A stretch of 64,000 bases of DNA from Octopus vulgaris (taxonomy: Eukaryota): positions 20,522,001 through 20,586,000 of the forward strand of contig OX597830.1 in NCBI GenBank assembly GCA_951406725.2. The letters are read 5' to 3'. A model generated the notes under the pieces. That model ran no database searches and was not told the origin of the DNA. It was given only the letters and a program-made list of their open reading frames with translations. Position 1 is the first letter of the stretch. The number at the start of each line of letters is the position of its first letter. Positions 60,483 to 64,000 of this stretch are shown piece by piece. The position numbers and the translations under genes were made by a program.

Positions 60483-60770
60483 TTATAGTTTCAGCTCAGA
60501 GCTATGGCCATGCTGGGGCACTACTGTTTTGCTACACTGTTATTATTGAGAGCTTCCTCTAATATGTGGCACTTGGTAAAGAATGACGTTTGATGTCGCT
60601 AGCCTCATTTGCACCTCGTGCGGTAGGTTCATCTGGGACTCTCGGCAAGAAGAGGTCCAATTTTGATTTGAAAACACCTACATCCACGTTGTGTAGGTCC
60701 CTCATGCTCTTTGGGAGAACATTAAAAGCTGTGGGCCCCTGAAACCCAGGCTGTTGCAGTAACTGGTCCT
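60483..60770 (-). mobile_element. CR1-like LINE 3' end (ORF2 C-terminus + 3' tail)
   Basis: Minus strand reads [12 protein letters not shown], then after a frameshift NVLPKSMRDLHNVDVGVFKSKLDLFLPRVPDEP. Tail gtgccccagcatggccatagctctgagctgaaacta. Confidence 0.75.
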
Positions 60771-60942
60771 ATATATATACATATATACATATATATACAT
60801 ATATATACATATATATACATATATATATATATATATACATACATACATAAATGTATCCATATATATATATATATATATATTTGTAAAGATATATTAGGTT
60901 ATTTAAACATATTCTTTTACTTATATATATGTACATGTATAT

Positions 60943-60992
<50 letters not shown>

Positions 60993-61002
60993 GTGTATAT
61001 AC

Positions 61003-61036
<34 letters not shown>

Positions 61037-61499
61037 GTGTGTGTATATATATATATATTGATTTAACATTTATGTATCAAGAATTTTAAGTGAAACAAGG
61101 AACAGACTGACAAGAATCGAACCACGCACCTCTTGCATACCAGACAGAAGTGTTTCTACACGCGCAAACTTTCCTTATTCTGTCCAAAACTTTCAAATTG
61201 TTCTTCACAAATGCGTCGGTTAATTGTCCTTTTACAATTTATTCAAGCGTGTCTATGTAATAATAGTATGTTGTCGGGGTACAAAGTATGTGTGTCCATC
61301 GCTTTCGATATTATTGTTGTTGTTGTTGTTGTTGTTGTGTCTTCGTGTGTCTGTATGCATGGCATGTATGCGTGTGTGTGTTTACGTGCGTGCACGCGGT
61401 CATACACCAGCGCGCATGTAACGACACAAGGAAACGTGGTGAATTTTTCTAACAACGTAACATAATCCCTCGTCTCCCTTTTTATCAGTCTGTCAGTTT

Positions 61500-62570
61500 A
61501 TGTATGTATGCATGTATGTATGTATGCATGCATGTATGTATGTATGCATGTATGTATGTATGTATGCATGTATGTATGTATGCATGCATGTATGTATGTA
61601 TGCATGTATGTATGTGTGTATGTATGTATGTATGTATGAATGTATGTATGTATGTAGGTATGTATGAATGTATGTATGTATGTATGTATGTATGAATGTA
61701 TGTATGTATGTATGTATGTATGTATGCATGTATGTATGTATGTATGTATGTATGTATGTATGTATGAATGTATGTATGTATGTAGGTATGTATGAATGTA
61801 TGTATGTATGTATGTATGAATGTATGTATGTATGTATGTATGTATGTATGTATGCATGTATGTGTGTGTATAAGTGTATGTATTCATGTATGTATGTGTA
61901 CGTAAGCAGGTATGTATATATGTATGTGTGTGTATAAGTGTATGTATGCATGTATGTATGTATGTATGTGTGTGTGCATGAGTGTGTGTATGCACGTATA
62001 TATGTATGCATGTGTGTGTACGTATGTGTGTATACATATATATATATCTATGTATGTGTGTGTACGTGTGTATGTATGCATGTATATATCTACGTATGTA
62101 TGTATATATGCATATATGTATGTATGTGTGTGTATATGTGTATGTATGCATGCATATATGTATGTATGTATATATATACGTACGTACGTATATATGTATG
62201 CATGTTTATATTTCTGTATGTATGTATGTATGTACATACGTACGTACGTATGTATGTATGTTAGTATGCATGTATGCATGTATATATATATGTATGTGTG
62301 TACGTGTGTATGCATGCATATATGTATGTTCATATATATGCATGTATTTATGTATGTATGTATGTATGCATGCATGTGTGTGTGTGTATGTATGTATGTA
62401 TGTATGTTGCATCTATGCATGTTGCATCTATGTATGTATGTATGTTGCATCTATGTATGTATGTATGTTGCATCTATGTATGTATGTATGTATGTATGTA
62501 TGAATGTATGCATGTATGTATGTATATATGTATGTATGTGTGTGTGTGTGTGTGTATGCATGTATGTATA
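61500..62570. repeat. (TATG)n-type compound microsatellite, representative of many (TA)n, (CA)n, (AAT)n, (CAT)n and (GATA)n tracts across the window
   Basis: Directly visible in the sequence. Confidence 0.95.
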
Positions 62571-62934
62571 TGTTAATGGGTGGATGGATACATGCATCCA
62601 TGTATGCATGTATTTACGCATCATTGGATGTATATATGGACGTGTAATTGTGTGTATGCCTTTGTGAATGAATATCTATGTAGCGATGATGCTTGAATGT
62701 TTTTATATAAATATTTTATATAATGCATTTATGTATGCATGAATGCATGTTTGTGTGTATGGATTTATGTATGTGTATATGTATATGTATACCTGTATGT
62801 ATATATGTATGAATGTATATATGTGTGTATGTATGCAGGTAAGGATGCTTGAAGGACTATATGCATGTATGTTTGAGTGAATGTCTGTGCTGATGATTGC
62901 ACAAAAAATATATACCCGTGTGTGTGTGTATGTA

Positions 62935-63030
<96 letters not shown>

Positions 63031-63136
63031 CATATTTATTTATATCTGTGTGTGCATATATAGGAATATATATGCACACACAAAAAAATATATATATATT
63101 AAAATATATATATATATATATATATATTTATTTATT

Positions 63137-63210
<74 letters not shown>

Positions 63211-63340
63211 CAGAGGCAGACAAGCAGAGAAAAATAGAGAAATATATATATATATATGTATGTATCTTTGTATTTATATATATATATATGTATATTTGTA
63301 CGTATATGTGTAATGTATATATGATTATATATATATCTAT

Positions 63341-63382
<42 letters not shown>

Positions 63383-63761
63383 GTATCTTTGTATTTATAT
63401 ATATATATATTATATATTATATATATATATTTGTATGTATATGTGTAATGTATATATGATTATATATATCTACACACACACACACATATATATATATGTG
63501 TGTGTGTGTGTATGCAAATTTGTTTTTACGTGTATATGTGTACGTGCATAAGCACGCACACACACATATATATATAGATATACATATATATTTTTATATT
63601 CATATTTATATATACATGTATTTATATGTATATTTGTATTTTTGTCTATATGTATATATAGAAATTTATATATTTTTGTGCGCGTATATATATATATGTT
63701 TATGTATATATAATATTTGTGCATATACATGTGTATGTGTCCACATATATATATATTTATG

Positions 63762-63803
<42 letters not shown>

Positions 63804-63885
63804 TATATGTATATATATATATATTTATATATATATATATATATATATACATAGACATAGACACACACATATATGTAAGTATATT

Positions 63886-63936
<51 letters not shown>

Positions 63937-64000
63937 CACATACACGTCTATACAATCCGATAAGTTGCAACACATATCCCGTTAATTTCGTTCACTCTGG

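Overview
AT-rich, gene-poor eukaryotic DNA dominated by microsatellites. The SINE families and repeat landscape suggest an octopus or other coleoid cephalopod, which is an inference. Almost every ORF in the supplied track is a translation of simple repeats. The one large coding unit is a nearly intact autonomous Helitron (41491-47631). Its RepHel gene is broken by only one stop and one 1-nt deletion and carries an N-terminal array of nine 23-aa STPR-like repeats. A 385-bp non-autonomous relative lies at 30746-31130. The window also holds three copies of an L1/Tx1-type LINE 3' end, each embedded in a (TATC)n/(GATA)n array, and several minimal hammerhead-ribozyme motifs of the Penelope type, two of them diverging from a tRNA-like head. 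Other elements are a decayed Penelope GIY-YIG fragment, CR1- and CRE-type LINE fragments, Tc1/mariner/maT/hAT relics, and several tRNA-derived SINE families with shuffled modules. A SINE and a CR1-like LINE share a 3' stem-loop. There are also several fold-back inverted repeats and one plausible host exon on the minus strand (27496-27593). All calls come from reading the sequence by eye; no searches were run, and many boundaries are approximate.
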